Of a stretch of 64,000 nt of DNA, positions 34,844 through 47,177 are shown piece by piece. The notes beneath the pieces are model-generated. The model saw only the letters and a program-made list of their open reading frames with translations. It was not told the origin of the DNA and searched no databases. Source of the DNA: Podospora anserina (lineage: Eukaryota). Position numbers and translations under genes: made by a program. The stretch's first letter is position 1, and every line of letters starts with the position of its first letter. The DNA is taken from the NCBI GenBank assembly GCA_017654855.1, contig CM030336.1:4464001-4528000 (forward strand), written 5' to 3'.

Positions 34844-36554
34844 ATGAGCCATCTTGAACACGACGCCGCAGTGGTGATGGGAGCCGAAGAACTCTCCAGG
34901 CTGGAGCTGCTCCCCCCTGAGCTGGTATACAGCATCTTGTCTCACCTCTCACCCTTTGACCTTGTCGCTGTCTCGGCGACATCCCGCACCCTCTACACCC
35001 GTGCCAGCGCCGATCACCTCTGGCAAGCTCTGATTCAAGAAAACGTCCCTGGTATCCAAGTCAGGACTCCAGCACCATGCCGGAGCTTCAAAGCTCTCTA
35101 CCGGGCCCATGATCCCTACTGGTACCTGCCAAAATACAAGATATGGTTCGCAGATGTCAACCTCACCGGCAGACTCATCATCGTCCGCTACGACCCCCGA
35201 AGGGGCTGCATCGAAGGCTACCAACTCGTCGCCGCAAACCGAAGTCGCACCTTTCAACCCTGGGAAGCCAACCGCAACGTCTCGATTCACCACTTTGACC
35301 CTGTCGTTCAACTTCACATGGACAAGACCGTGATCCAGCTGGACGCCGTCGACTCTGCCGACTCTCTTGCCTTCGACTCGGACAGTCCAGCTTGGGCCCG
35401 TTTCAACACCATCAACCTCCGCCTTGTCCGTTCTCGCACCTCCTCGATGGAAGGCAACTTCTCTCGCTCACCCTCCCCAGCTTCAGTCGCTCCGCCTAAA
35501 CCCTCACGTCTCCTCTCCGAGCGTCAAATGCAAAATTACACCGACTCGATGTATGCAACCATCTTCCACACCCGCGTCCTTTCCTCCGACGAGATCTCCT
35601 TCTGCGCCTCCCCCAAGTTTCCCTACGGCTTCATCTGGCCACCCCCCGCCATCCCCTCGGGCCACCGCGTCTTCGGAACAGCCGCCAAGCTCTCCAGTGG
35701 ACGGCACTTCAAACCAGAGACCCGCCCCTCCTCCCGTTCCGACCTCTCCGACAAGGCCTTTGTGATCAAAACATGGCTTGCCACGCGCATCCCCGGCCGA
35801 GCTGTTTATAATATGTCCGTCATCGCAGATCCGTTAGCCGTAAGCATGATGAACCTGCCCCTTGCCGTCCGGGGAGACGACGCCGTAGACGACGCCCTAG
35901 ACGACGACGTCTCCATCCGGATGCAGATAGGGCAGGAACTCGCTACTTATGCCACACTGGACCCGAAACTGTACACTCCGACAAAAGAAAAGCCGTTTAG
36001 GGGGATCTGGGTAGGTGATTACTCGGGTCACGGGTGTGAATTTCTTCTTGTCACGCAACCAGATGATGAGACGCCTTTTGATGCCGAGAGTATCCAACCC
36101 CGTGAGGAAGAGTCACCCGACGAGTTTGAGAAGCGAAAACACGACGAAACTGTCTATCGTGGTCCGCTGGAGGCGGTTAAACTTACGGGTGACCCTAACG
36201 TTCCCCGAGGGGAAGTAACCTTTCGAGCTGCGGACCTAGGAGAAAGGGGGCTCATCAATATCTGCCAATATGAACCGTTTGAGGGGGTGAGGATTGTGAA
36301 GAGCCAGGGACATGTGGGCTCGACGGGATTTGTCAATGGTGAGTTCTTCTTCGATCTATCTACCTGTGGCGGGAGGGACGAGGATGATGGCTGACAGACC
36401 CCATAAATTTATTTGGGATGGCGCGACAGATAGCTTTATTGAGTCGCAGTTGTTGCTGATCAGCCACGATAGGCTGGCGCAGTATTGGTCTGAGTTTGGC
36501 CATGTGAGTTTCCTTCAGAGGGTGGATATTGATGGGTTCTTGGCTCCGGCGTAG
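34844..36554 (+). CDS. F-box protein (FBXO31-like C-terminal domain), 2 exons (intron 36339-36429)
   Basis: F-box LELLPPELVYSILSHL..DLVAVSATSR..DHLW; C-terminal GIWVGDYSGHGCEFL and EAVKLTGDPNVPRGEVTF; last exon DSFIESQLLLISHDRLAQYW. Confidence 0.9.
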
Positions 36555-36750
36555 AGAGCTTTTTTGGGGTTGTGATGGTGGTGAGATAACAGATTGGCTA
36601 TTTGCATAGAGCGGCTTGCTCCGAGGTGTAAATCATGATCAGATTAATGTATTAGGACCAAATAATTGGCGTTTTCCTATTTTAGGCGCCATGATACCTC
36701 AGATATATCCCCAAACGCCATATCTACCAGACCGTCCCCAGCCAGCACCG

Positions 36751-38808
36751 TCACTTGCCATTCCCAGTACTCTCAGAAGCAGCCCTCATCCCCTCCCTAA
36801 CCTCTTCCGCCTCTTTCCTGAACCCACACCCATACGTCTCCCCCGTATTCCACACCAACCCTCCCTTACCCCCGTTCCCCTTGGTGCACTCGGGACAAAT
36901 CTTTACCCTATGCCACGCCGTCGCCAGGTTGCCCCGGACATTATATATCCCCTTGTGGCTCTCCGGCTGGGTATTGTAACTCTCGTCCGTGGCCTTGACA
37001 ATAAGCGTGGTGCACTGCTTCTTAGGCAACTGTCCCATCAAGCTCACCGACCGGCCGAATCCATCCTCGCAGTCCTGCCCAACCTTTGCCAGGGCCGGGG
37101 GTAAGGGGACAGTGGGTGGGAGGGAGAGGACGGGAAGAGTACCGTTGTATCTCCACCTTGTCCACCCCCAGCTCTTGTTCCCATAGCACGGCGTGGCTGG
37201 GTTGGAGCAGTCGTCCACGAGCTGGGCCTGGTCCCACGTCGCGCCGCCGTCGAGGGAGACATCAACGCGCGTGATTTTTCTGCCCCCGCCAGAGTAGGCG
37301 TATCCCTGGAGGGCAATGGGTTCATTGTCCGGTGTTGTTTCCGGACAGGGGGTATTGCCGTCAGAAGAGGTCGGTTTGGGGGTGAAGCCCACCTTTTGCG
37401 GTGTAGCCGCCATATCAATCGTTCTCCCCCCCCCATTCACCCTCTCCCCACTCCCAATACCTCCCCCCGGCATCCAAGAAACTTTCTTGACACACTCCCC
37501 CACCCAGACCCCCGTTATCGCGCTCGTCACCGGCATCTCCTGTATGCTCGGCGCCTTGTCCCAATCCTCCTTGCCCCCTTCGTTCGGCCCAAAGCTCTTG
37601 TAATCCCTCCTCTGCCACTGACTCGTCGCCTCCTCGTCCGAGATGACAATCCTGCTCAGCCACTTTACGCTCCTGGCAGCCACATTCCCCGGCACCACCA
37701 CCCTGAGTGGGAACCCGTGATCCCTCGGGAGTGTTTCTCCGTTCATCCCCCACGCGAGCAGCACGTCCCCGTTTTGGTCGGTCGCTTTCGGGAGCGGTAT
37801 ACTAGCCGAGTAAGCCTCCCTGCCGACAAACCAAGCGTGCATATCTTTTTCGTTCTCTTGTTGTTCCAACTCGAGCCCAGCATCTTTTAGGAGATCTTTC
37901 AGCTTCACGCCCTCCCAAACCGCGTTACTTATCGCGCCGACCCCCCACTGCAACCCGTTCGTTTTCCCTGCGTGTCGGGTCATGTCGTTCCTCCTGTTTC
38001 CACTGCACTGCAACGTTGCCGTAACTCTCTCCGTTTTAAATCTCTTTTTCAGCTCCCCAATCGTATACCTCCTCTCCTCCCCATCAGGCAACTCCACCAC
38101 CAACTCCCCCCCATCCTCTTCAGGAACCCACATATGATGCCGCACATAAAACATCCCATTCTCGGTGTAAAACCCCTTATCCAGCTCCTGGTTAGGCGGC
38201 TCCGCGTTCCTAGGCTTGTAAGTGTGCGTTATAAGTCTTTTGTCCCGCACCGGATCGTTTACGAATGGGTCTTCGATGCTCGTGGCGGGTGGTTTCCCGT
38301 CTGGACCGAGGTCGGAGGGGTGGATGTACCCGATTAGATACTCTTCTAGGATCTCTTTGACGTGAGGGGAGTTGTGGATGGTGAAAATTTCCCAGTAGGG
38401 CTCTAGGGAGCCGCCGGCGGCGCGGAGGATGACGTCCCCGCCTGGGTGGGCGGGGAGCCAGGAGGTGATGTTGTAGACTTTGTTGTTGAGGGTTACCCAT
38501 GGTTCGGGGGAGGTGGGACCGTGAGACTGGTGGATTTCGGAGAGGTGGTAGAGCGGGAGGGAGGGGGAGGGGGAAGGGTCGAGGGAGGAGGTTTCGGATT
38601 TGGATAGGAGAGGGAGGGTGAGGAGGAGGGAGGTGGTTAGGAGGAGGCTGGCGAGGTGGGAGGCTTTGGGGGGTGGTTTTGGGTGATGGGGTGGGCTGGT
38701 GGTGTGTAGTGGTCGAGGGAGAAGTCGGAGGTTGATCGGGGGGGCGCGTCGGGGCCGGCTATGGTTGAGGAGGGAGGTGATGGCTATTCGGGGGATGCGT
38801 GTCGCCAT
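36751..38808 (-). CDS. Mitochondrial sulfite oxidase (cytochrome b5 + molybdopterin + dimerisation domains)
   Basis: Presequence; b5 motif VYNITSW..HPGG; NAEPP and FYVRHH; Mo-ligand TLQCSGNRR; DHGFPLRVVVPG..ARSVKWL; GYAYSGGGRKITRVDVSLDGG; KATDESYNTQPE. Confidence 0.93.
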   Translation of the reverse strand: MATRIPRIAITSLLNHSRPRRAPPINLRLLPRPLHTTSPPHHPKPPPKASHLASLLLTTSLLLTLPLLSKSETSSLDPSPSPSLPLYHLSEIHQSHGPTSPEPWVTLNNKVYNITSWLPAHPGGDVILRAAGGSLEPYWEIFTIHNSPHVKEILEEYLIGYIHPSDLGPDGKPPATSIEDPFVNDPVRDKRLITHTYKPRNAEPPNQELDKGFYTENGMFYVRHHMWVPEEDGGELVVELPDGEERRYTIGELKKRFKTERVTATLQCSGNRRNDMTRHAGKTNGLQWGVGAISNAVWEGVKLKDLLKDAGLELEQQENEKDMHAWFVGREAYSASIPLPKATDQNGDVLLAWGMNGETLPRDHGFPLRVVVPGNVAARSVKWLSRIVISDEEATSQWQRRDYKSFGPNEGGKEDWDKAPSIQEMPVTSAITGVWVGECVKKVSWMPGGGIGSGERVNGGGRTIDMAATPQKVGFTPKPTSSDGNTPCPETTPDNEPIALQGYAYSGGGRKITRVDVSLDGGATWDQAQLVDDCSNPATPCYGNKSWGWTRWRYNGTLPVLSLPPTVPLPPALAKVGQDCEDGFGRSVSLMGQLPKKQCTTLIVKATDESYNTQPESHKGIYNVRGNLATAWHRVKICPECTKGNGGKGGLVWNTGETYGCGFRKEAEEVREGMRAASESTGNGK

Positions 38809-39509
38809 GGATGGTGGAGGCTGTGTGTGTGTAGATTTGGTAAGCTTTGTGCAAATGTCAGGAAGGAGTTTAGATAAAAGAATACAAACCGGTCCAGAGA
38901 TATCTTCACGTTTTCTCTCCACAAACCCAACAGGATGGAAGGGTCATCTGATCGCCTTGTTGTACAGGGAACAACATAAGACACGGGCGTCGGAAGCGGC
39001 TGCGGAAGCGAACACGGCGTTGGGGGCGGTCGGACACCTACTAGCAGTCATCCAATCTCTGCCCACCACGCAGCGGCCGCGCTGTTCACCGCCAGACGAA
39101 CACGATAGGAAGCCATACCAGAGCAAGATTCAGTTGGGCAGCCGATGGTTGCCGTCGATAGAAAGAAGTTGTTACGTCAGGGTCCGGCCAAGCTGCACGT
39201 CGGGAGCGTTCCGATGCGAAAACACCTCCTGTGATTGGCCAACCGACAGCTTCACAAGCCCGCCTGGAGCCCGCGCCAGCGCGGCGCTGCGCCGCTGTGG
39301 AGCAGAAGCTTTTCCCCGGATTTTCAGCGGCTTCGACGGCGCCTTGGCTCTGAAACTAGCCCTGTCTTGGCGGTGCAACTACAGTCCACACTTCTCATCA
39401 AAGGCAAAGAGAGAAAAAAAAACACTGGTACCTATCCAATTCCAACTACCTTATTTTGCTGTGAGATTTTGTAACAAGAAAAAGCAACAAAAAAGGAAAC
39501 CCTCTCCAT

Positions 39510-42500
39510 CTACTGATTGCCCAACCACTCTTCGTAGCTATATGCCTCAGGTTCTTGAGGCTCATCATACTCATCTCCATACCCATACCCACCATCCCCA
39601 TACAGGTCATCCTCCCCCGTGGCCCCGAGAACATGTCCGTACGGATACAAGCCGTCGTCATCTTGATCGGCCTGTCCCATGAGATCCATGTACCACGCCC
39701 ACGGGTGCTCAGCCTGCTCAGCCTGCTCCGCACTTCCCGTCCTCTTCAAAGCCGACGGGATGGCGCCCTGGTGCTGCCTCGGCGGCGACTGTCCCCTCTC
39801 CAACGGCTCCCTGAAACTAATGTTCCTCGCCCTCTTCCCAAGAGTTTGTATAGGGATCGCTCGCCTGTCAGCCTCAGCCTTCACCTCTTCATTTTCGTTT
39901 TCCAATCGCGTCGTTCTAAGGTAGGTCATGTCAGTATCTCATGCGATCACACGTCCCAGATAATGAATGGAGACACTTACAGGCGCCTATACTCCTTCTC
40001 AGACCTCGCCAACTTGCCCAATTCGGCTTTGATCTCTTTCCATCTCCTCTCATCGTGTCTATTTCCCATCTGTGTTAGCGCTACCTCATAATGGGGGAAT
40101 ACTAGGCGTCGAAAAACTTACTTGCTCATCTCTCCATTCGCGCTATTCTTCTTCTTATCCCTCAACACATTCAACCGATCCCTCTGCTCCTCCTTCTTCC
40201 TCACCGTCTGACTAACAAGAGCTAGCAATCGTTGCCACTGATTGACCGGCCCGTCCCCAATCATCTGCTTCACTTCATCATCCCACTCGGCAATAGCCTT
40301 GAACTCCTCCTCCAGCACCTTATCCTCTTGGGCGATCTGCTGTTCCGTTTCCTTGTCAGGCTTGTACGTGCCGTCCTCGGAGTCTCTTCTCTGTCTCTTC
40401 CCCGGGGGCTGCTTCGTGGCACTGGTATCTGGCGGCAGCTTTCGTTTCCCAGGCTGGTTCACCGCGGGGGTCTCCTCATCCTCATCAGAGACAACGAGGA
40501 ACTCGTCGGATGATTCGGACGTCTCGCCGGTGGGGACATAGTCGGGATCCTCCTCTCGTTGCTGACGCCTTCGCCTCTTTTCCTCTTTTTCCCTTATTCT
40601 TTGCTTTTGTTCCTCGGTCAGCGGACGACGTGCAGTCGGTTTCTTGCTGGACGTTGTAGGCTGTGGAGCTACTGGAGGCTGTGGAACCACTGGAGGTTGC
40701 GGAGGTTGTGGAGGATCAGGACCCCCCGTTGGTGGTTCAGTCTGCTGAGTACCACCACCACCACCATCACCATCGTTTTCATTGTCGCTAACTGGAAAAT
40801 CGTCAACCTCACCCAGACCAACACGGCCTGGTCTAATCCTCGTCGTCCTCAGTCCCCACTGGTTCCCATCATGTCCCAGTCCCTCCATGATCTCCTTGTA
40901 CTGCCACGGTTTCAACCCCTGTGGAAGCCCTCTCATCCCGATCCGTCTTTCGATCTGCCCCACCATGTGTCTCTGACTGACAGTCCGCATGTTCTCCCGC
41001 ATGGTCCTAGGGCTGAAGCGCTGCCCCGGAGCCCTATACGGTCCTTCATCCGGAAATTCAAACCGATCGGGCTCGTCTCCCGAGTTGTCGTCCTGTGACG
41101 AGTGATAATCTTCCAGGGCACCCTCCTCATCCTCATCTGCCTCCTCCTCCTCCTCCTCCTCCTCTGTCGAGCTGCTCACCTGCACCGGCGTGGTCTGAGT
41201 CCCAGCCGAGACACCGGTACGTCTCTCAGGTGTATCCCTAGCCCCATCAAACCCCATCCCATCTACCTCATCATCATAACCCCCCCCCACCGACACCAAA
41301 GTACTATTCCCCTCCCCAACCCCAATACCCAACCCCGGCGTCCTCCCAATCTGAGCCATATACCTACTCCACTTCCTCGGACTCCTCTTCCTAATCTCAC
41401 TTACCGGGACCCCCCCTTCCCAACTCCCCCTCGAAGCCGCCACCAGCCCAGCCATGCCATCATCCTCATCAAACCACGCCGGTCTAGCCCGCACATTCGG
41501 CATGTCAGGATCAAACGGGGTCTCCCACTCAAACCCCGTCAGATCCTCCGCCGGGATCCCCTCGTCGGTAAAAACCCCCAGCTTGAGCGGTTTCCCGACA
41601 TGGTTGGTGCACCACTTCTCCAACCACTCGACATGTATCTCATCCCCGTAGTGCTCGTCCCATTTGGCGGCATCCCAGCCCTGGCCGACGAAGTCCATGC
41701 AGATGGGGCATGGCTCACGCTTGTGCACTTTGCGGAAGTGGTCGACTGCCGTCTCGGGGGTGCGCAAAACAGGGAGGTAGCACTGGAAGAAGGGACAGTT
41801 TCTCGTCTGGAGAGCCAGGTCTTGAATGGCCCTCGCGCGGAGTTCTTCCGGGATGGGTGGCGGGCGGAGGGTGTAAGGTTGGATGCCTACTTTGGAGATG
41901 AGGTTAGGGGACATGTTGGGTTTGTGGGCGGTGACCACCTCGCTGATGACGGGTGGATCTTCCAGGGGAGGGTCGGTAGGGTCGATTGTGGGGGGTGCTC
42001 CGGGGGGGAGCTTGGTGGTGTACAGCAGCTTTGCCTTTGTCAGCGTGTCCAACGCCTTGATGTCCTCCAGGGTGGAGTAAGGTGGTTTGGGAGGGGAAGC
42101 TGGCTTCTTGTTTTCCGCGCCGGGACGCGGGGGACGGGGGGTGGTGTCTGTTGGGTCGAACTTGGAGGCGTCACGCTTGCCGGGAGGATAGGGGGTGGCA
42201 GGACTGGTGCTGGCAGGAGCGGGTGGGGTGGGATCGCTTTCGCCGGTGAGTTCTTGGATCCTCTTCCTGTATACTTGGTCTAAGGTTTCCTTGTTCTTGT
42301 AGCCGGCTGCTTCTGCCTCGTTGTTGGCGTGGACTTGGTTCCAGTAGTTTTCCTTTGCCGTGATATCTGGGAGACCAACCCCGGGCTTGGTGGTTGGCCA
42401 CTTTCTAATCCAGTATCCAGGGCGGTTTGGATTTTCTACCCAATGCTGGGGGTCTGGTGGAATCACACCCGTCTTTGCCGGGCTCTTCTTTGCTGGCTTG

Positions 42501-45500
42501 GTCGTGGGGGTTGGTTCCTTTGTTGGCTCTTTGGGAGCCCTCTTCGCTGCCCGTCCTGCAAAGGCCTGGGCGATACGGGGGTCGACAGCACCCTTGGGCT
42601 TACGGGGGGCTGTGAGTGGTTTCGGAGATCCCCTGGGCTTTTGGGGTGTCCTGATTCTAGAACGTGCGACGGGTTTGACCGGTTTGACCCGGGGTGTAGT
42701 ATAATGGCCTAGCGTTGGCGTTCCCGTCTCGGTGGGAAGGGTCACTCTCCGCCTCTTGTGACGGGTCGGACTGGGAGTCGGTTGCATACGGGGCTTTTCT
42801 TTAGGCTGCTCCTGTTGAACAGGCGCGACGCTCAGATGCAGCGGCCGCGTGAGCGGAGGTGGCTCGGATTGTTCCGCCAACTCTGGCTTGTCCTTCGGTA
42901 TCTTCACGAGTTGAAAATTATCTGGAAGGAAATCTAGCACCGGAACTTTCAACTGTTTCTCCCAAGGCTGCCACGTCCCCAAGTCTTCAATCGGTGTCGC
43001 ACGATACAATTGCCAGTCAAAGTTGTGCGTAACCGGCGGCGGTTTGTATCTGCCCCATAGCTTTTTCTGTGGAGTTTCGGTGTAGATGTCGCGATATCCG
43101 AACGGCTGATGCTCATAGATGCCCTCAAAAACCGGCAACGATTGCTCATCCACCTTGTTGATCCGCAGGTAAGGGTGGACAATGAGCCTCCGGGCCACTT
43201 CCCATTCAGTCTCAGTCATGGATGGACTAACAAGAATGTCAGGGAGGTCGGGGTCAAAGCCTTGGGTGATGCTGAAGTGGTCCGTCTTGCTGTCAAACGG
43301 CCCCCCATTTGCCATCACTTTGCCCACGAACTCTCGGAGTTTGTCAAGTGAGATCTCCCACAGAGACAGTGGGCACTCATGCACCAAAGCCCCGTCGTAG
43401 GAGGCATCCTGGAAACTATACCTCCTCCAGACCGGTCGTGACACGATAAACTGAGGGAACAGGCTGAGTGGGCTGGGTGCTTTAACACCCTTCGGGTAGA
43501 TCGCTTCTTTTGTCAGCTTCTCTATCTTCGTCATCAACTCGGCAAACGCCTCAACAAGAGGCGTAAAGGCTCTGCTTAATGCCGGGGCGAACTCTGCATC
43601 CGGGCAACTCGTATCGAGTACGTCGGCAAGGCTTATGTAGAGGGATGGAGGTGTACCCGTTTCGTCAGCAACAGGGTATTTTCCAAAGTGTGGCCCGAGC
43701 CAGTTCTCGCCAGGAAAGAAAACCTCCAGGTAGGTCAGCCCAGCGAAAGGGACCCCTTCTGCTGTCTTCCAGATTTCACTCGCAAGGATCGGTCTGAGCA
43801 ACCTCTCGGCAACAATCGAGGGAGCCGTCAGTTCCAAGTGCGTCAGATACCAGTCGTCAGACGCGCTGTCATATGGCTTTGTTTGGCCAAGGGCCAAAAT
43901 GTGCCATCGATCGGAAACCTGCCCCGACCCCCCTGGAGCGAATGCCCGAAGCGTTACCGCGTAAGTGTATTTCTTCGCGTTAACTACGTCGAGTTGCGCC
44001 GCAATTACCTCCCAGTTTGACTTGAGAAAGGCCAAACCTCCATATGTTACCGGAGCTTGGGTTGGATTGCCCTGCTCGTCGGTGGTGAAGGCATTTATCA
44101 GCGCAGCTGGGATCGCTGGGCGGCCTGGACGGTCGCGGATAGCTCCCGGTACCAACACACGGCATACTTGTTGCATCCAGAGGCTGTACTGATTCGTGAA
44201 GAAGGCAGTGGCAGGAGCATCGTCCCCGGCGGGCAACGGCAACCGAAGGTAAGCAACGTCTGGTCTACCTCTCCCTTTCAACTGTGGCCAGTCCAAGGTG
44301 ACCTTTCCAACATGGTGTCTGGCTCCCGGCTCCCACTTCCAGGGAATGGGGTCATGTGGACCTGCCACGAAGGGGATCAGCTTCCCAAAGTACGCGCTGT
44401 CTCCTGGACGGTATTGCTTGTCGATCTGCTGGCAAAGCCAGTTGAATGCGACGCGGTCCTTGGCAAGGGCACCTACCCCAGCACACTGCACGCGGCAGGC
44501 ATGCTGGTTGATATCAGCGAGAAATGCGTCCTTCTCCTCTTGCAACTCATAATCCTTGCTGGGATCCATGATGTAGAGGTTGTAAGTCACTGCAGCTCTG
44601 CTGTCAAGGCCAAGCAGACGGTCAACGGCGTCCACAAAGCTGTTAAAAATCCCACGACGGAACCAGACAACACCCTGGTACCCATGAAGCGGGATCATCA
44701 GGCTCTTTCCAGGCTGGAAACCAGTTTCCTTGGCGAACTGCTTCTCCAACTGACCAACCTTGGTTTTGAACGTCGGCGCCCTTTTCTCGTCCAGTGACCA
44801 TCTATCCGAGGCATTGTCGAGGGTCGACGGCGGTGGATATTTTGCTAGATTCCTCCACTGCTTACTTTTCGGAGGTTCTTCATCTGCCATGCCACCTCTG
44901 ATGTGCAGATCGTCGTCGCTCTCGTCCTCTTCCTCTTCCATATCCCAATCGTCATCCAAACCTCCACCGCGAAGGTCTATCTCGTTTGTTTCCATCATGT
45001 CGAGATAGGCGTTCACGTCCAAATCACCTTCGCGCGAGGCGAGGTCCTCCAGCGCCCACATGTCCACATCGGAGCCTTCCTTGGTGCTCTCCTCATCAGA
45101 CACGAGGTCATGCTCTTCCCCCATCACCATATCTGACCCACCGTCTGAGCTCACCTCCACCGCCTCGAACCATGTCTCCTCGAGCTCGTCCTCCCACTCA
45201 TCTTCTTCCAGTTCTTCGAGATCATTCTCACCTCCTCGAAGCCCTGCATCGACCTGGAGCCGGCGCATCCAGGGCGGCGGTTTGAGCTGCCAATTCCCCT
45301 CGTCATCAGCGTAAACATCCAGGTCATTCTCATGATAAGGCCTCCGTTTCATCCCCGCAAGCGACGGGGGCTTCCCTATAAAACCAGATGACCTCCCTCT
45401 GAACCCAACCGGCCCATCATAGTAAGGCCCATACCGCTTTTCTTCTTTCCTCCTCGTCAACAACAGTCTCCTCCCACCACCCATCCTTTTGGGTACTGGC

Positions 45501-46520
45501 GAGGCGGTGACATTATTCAGGGCTATTTAACATGTCAGTAGGAAACCCCAAAACAAAGGAGGAGGCCGAAAGAAGAAACATACCCTTCGCAGGCTCCGGA
45601 ATATACTTCTTGAAGTCATTCAAAAAGTAATACCTATCCTCAAAGTACTGCTCCCGAAACTCTTTCGACCCCGGCTCGAACATATTGCCCTGCACCTCAG
45701 CCCCCGGCGCCGGGATGGGCACCCCAATATAAAACGCCGCCAGTCTCGACGGCAAATCCCACGCCTCATCCTCAGCATCATACCCCAACACCTTGCCAAT
45801 CTGAGGCCTCAACCTCTGATACCCAAGCATATCCACCTCCTGAATCAGTGCCTCAGCCCGGTTGCTGCTGTACGCGACAGGGATCAAAGGCCAAATCTTG
45901 GCCAGCTGCTGCGTCGTAAAGTTGGCCTCGAGAAACATCCTCAGCGTGGTGTTAACATCCTTCCCATTGACAATCTCCCTAACAGCATTCCTAAACTGCT
46001 TGGTAATATACCCAAACCGGTCCTTTGTCCGCGCATCCGGGTTCAGCCGCGGATCCAGATTGTAATCCTCCCGTTCATGGTCCGGCATGAACGGGTCGTC
46101 GATCCGATAGAACCTGGGCACCTCCCGTTTCCCCACCCAGTCCTTTTCGTTTTCCTTTGCCTCCCTCGCGGCCTCCTCCACGTCCCAGAATCTTTCGGGA
46201 ACCTTGTCAAAGTTCTCGACCGACGTGAGCTCGCTCGTGGGATCGAGCGGATGGTAATCTTTTCTTTCCGCTGCGAGCTTGTTCCATGCGTAGGGCGAGG
46301 TTTTTTTCGCGCTCCGGTGGCCGAACTTGGGTGCTTTCCATTTGCCGTAAACGGGACGTCGATACGGTGGGGTCTTTGCCGGCGTGACGGGCCAGGCGCC
46401 TGGGGTCTCGGGGGTGGCCATCAGTTTCCAGTCTTGTCGTGTCCCGGCCATCCGCTGCTCAGACGTGTCTAACCAGCCGGCGTTGAGAAAGTTCCAAATC
46501 CTTTGAAACATGTGGGCCAT
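39510..46520 (-). CDS. Giant orphan protein (~2273 aa), 4 exons (introns 45523-45583, 40059-40121, 39916-39980), with (L/I)RGG motifs and a C2H2-like zinc-finger pair
   Basis: Three canonical introns (GTATGT/GTAAGT donors, CTGAC/CTAAC branch points, TAG acceptors) join ORFs 45513-46520, 40118-45484, a 78-nt exon and 39510-39929 in frame. It contains CPFFQC..HFRKVH and CPIC..HYGDEIH, P/K-rich and acidic regions, and NLS-like stretches. Confidence 0.8.
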
Positions 46521-47177
46521 CTTGGAAAGGACTTGGTTGTGGCGACAGTTTGTTTAGGTCGGGTGGTGGTGGGGGAGAAGGTGAGACGCCGATGGGGCGG
46601 GTTGGAAGCTTCATGGTGGTGGAAATATTCGAGGCTTGGGGACAAAGCGTGGTCAGTAAACAAGCTGGTGTGTTGTGTGGGGAGAGCTGCGTGCTATTTT
46701 CTTTGTTCTTCGAGTCAAAATACGGACTGGAAATCACGACCGCCATTGGGTCGAGGGGCAACAAACAAAGGCAACAGGGCTGCTTGCGAACATGGAAATT
46801 TCTGCGGATTGTGTCCGGAAGGGGTAATGCAAATAACAAAGGTTTGTGTTGACCTAACATTCAGACTCAATGATGGCGATGGGATTGAGTTTTTTTGCTG
46901 ACGGCTGCGCGCCTTTGAGCCTGTCAATCGTTCTCTGGGCGAGTTGCAGAGCAAGCAATGCTTTTTGACCTAACAATGGCATTCATTGAGTGATGAGGTT
47001 TGGTGCGGGGGGTACCATGTGACCTCTCATCCCTCTGACCTCGATGACGAAATTCGACAACATATCAACTTGCACAAATGCAATGGTTGTATTCAGTTAT
47101 ATTATACATTATGCCCTCAATCACCCCAACATCTCTTGAGTTGTCGCTCCTCAAGTTCGACCATACACCCGCCTCGA

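Noticed and set aside
38699-39682. 327-aa plus ORF between sulfite oxidase and the giant gene
   Set aside because: It is antisense to the ends of two real genes and spans a promoter; no motif.
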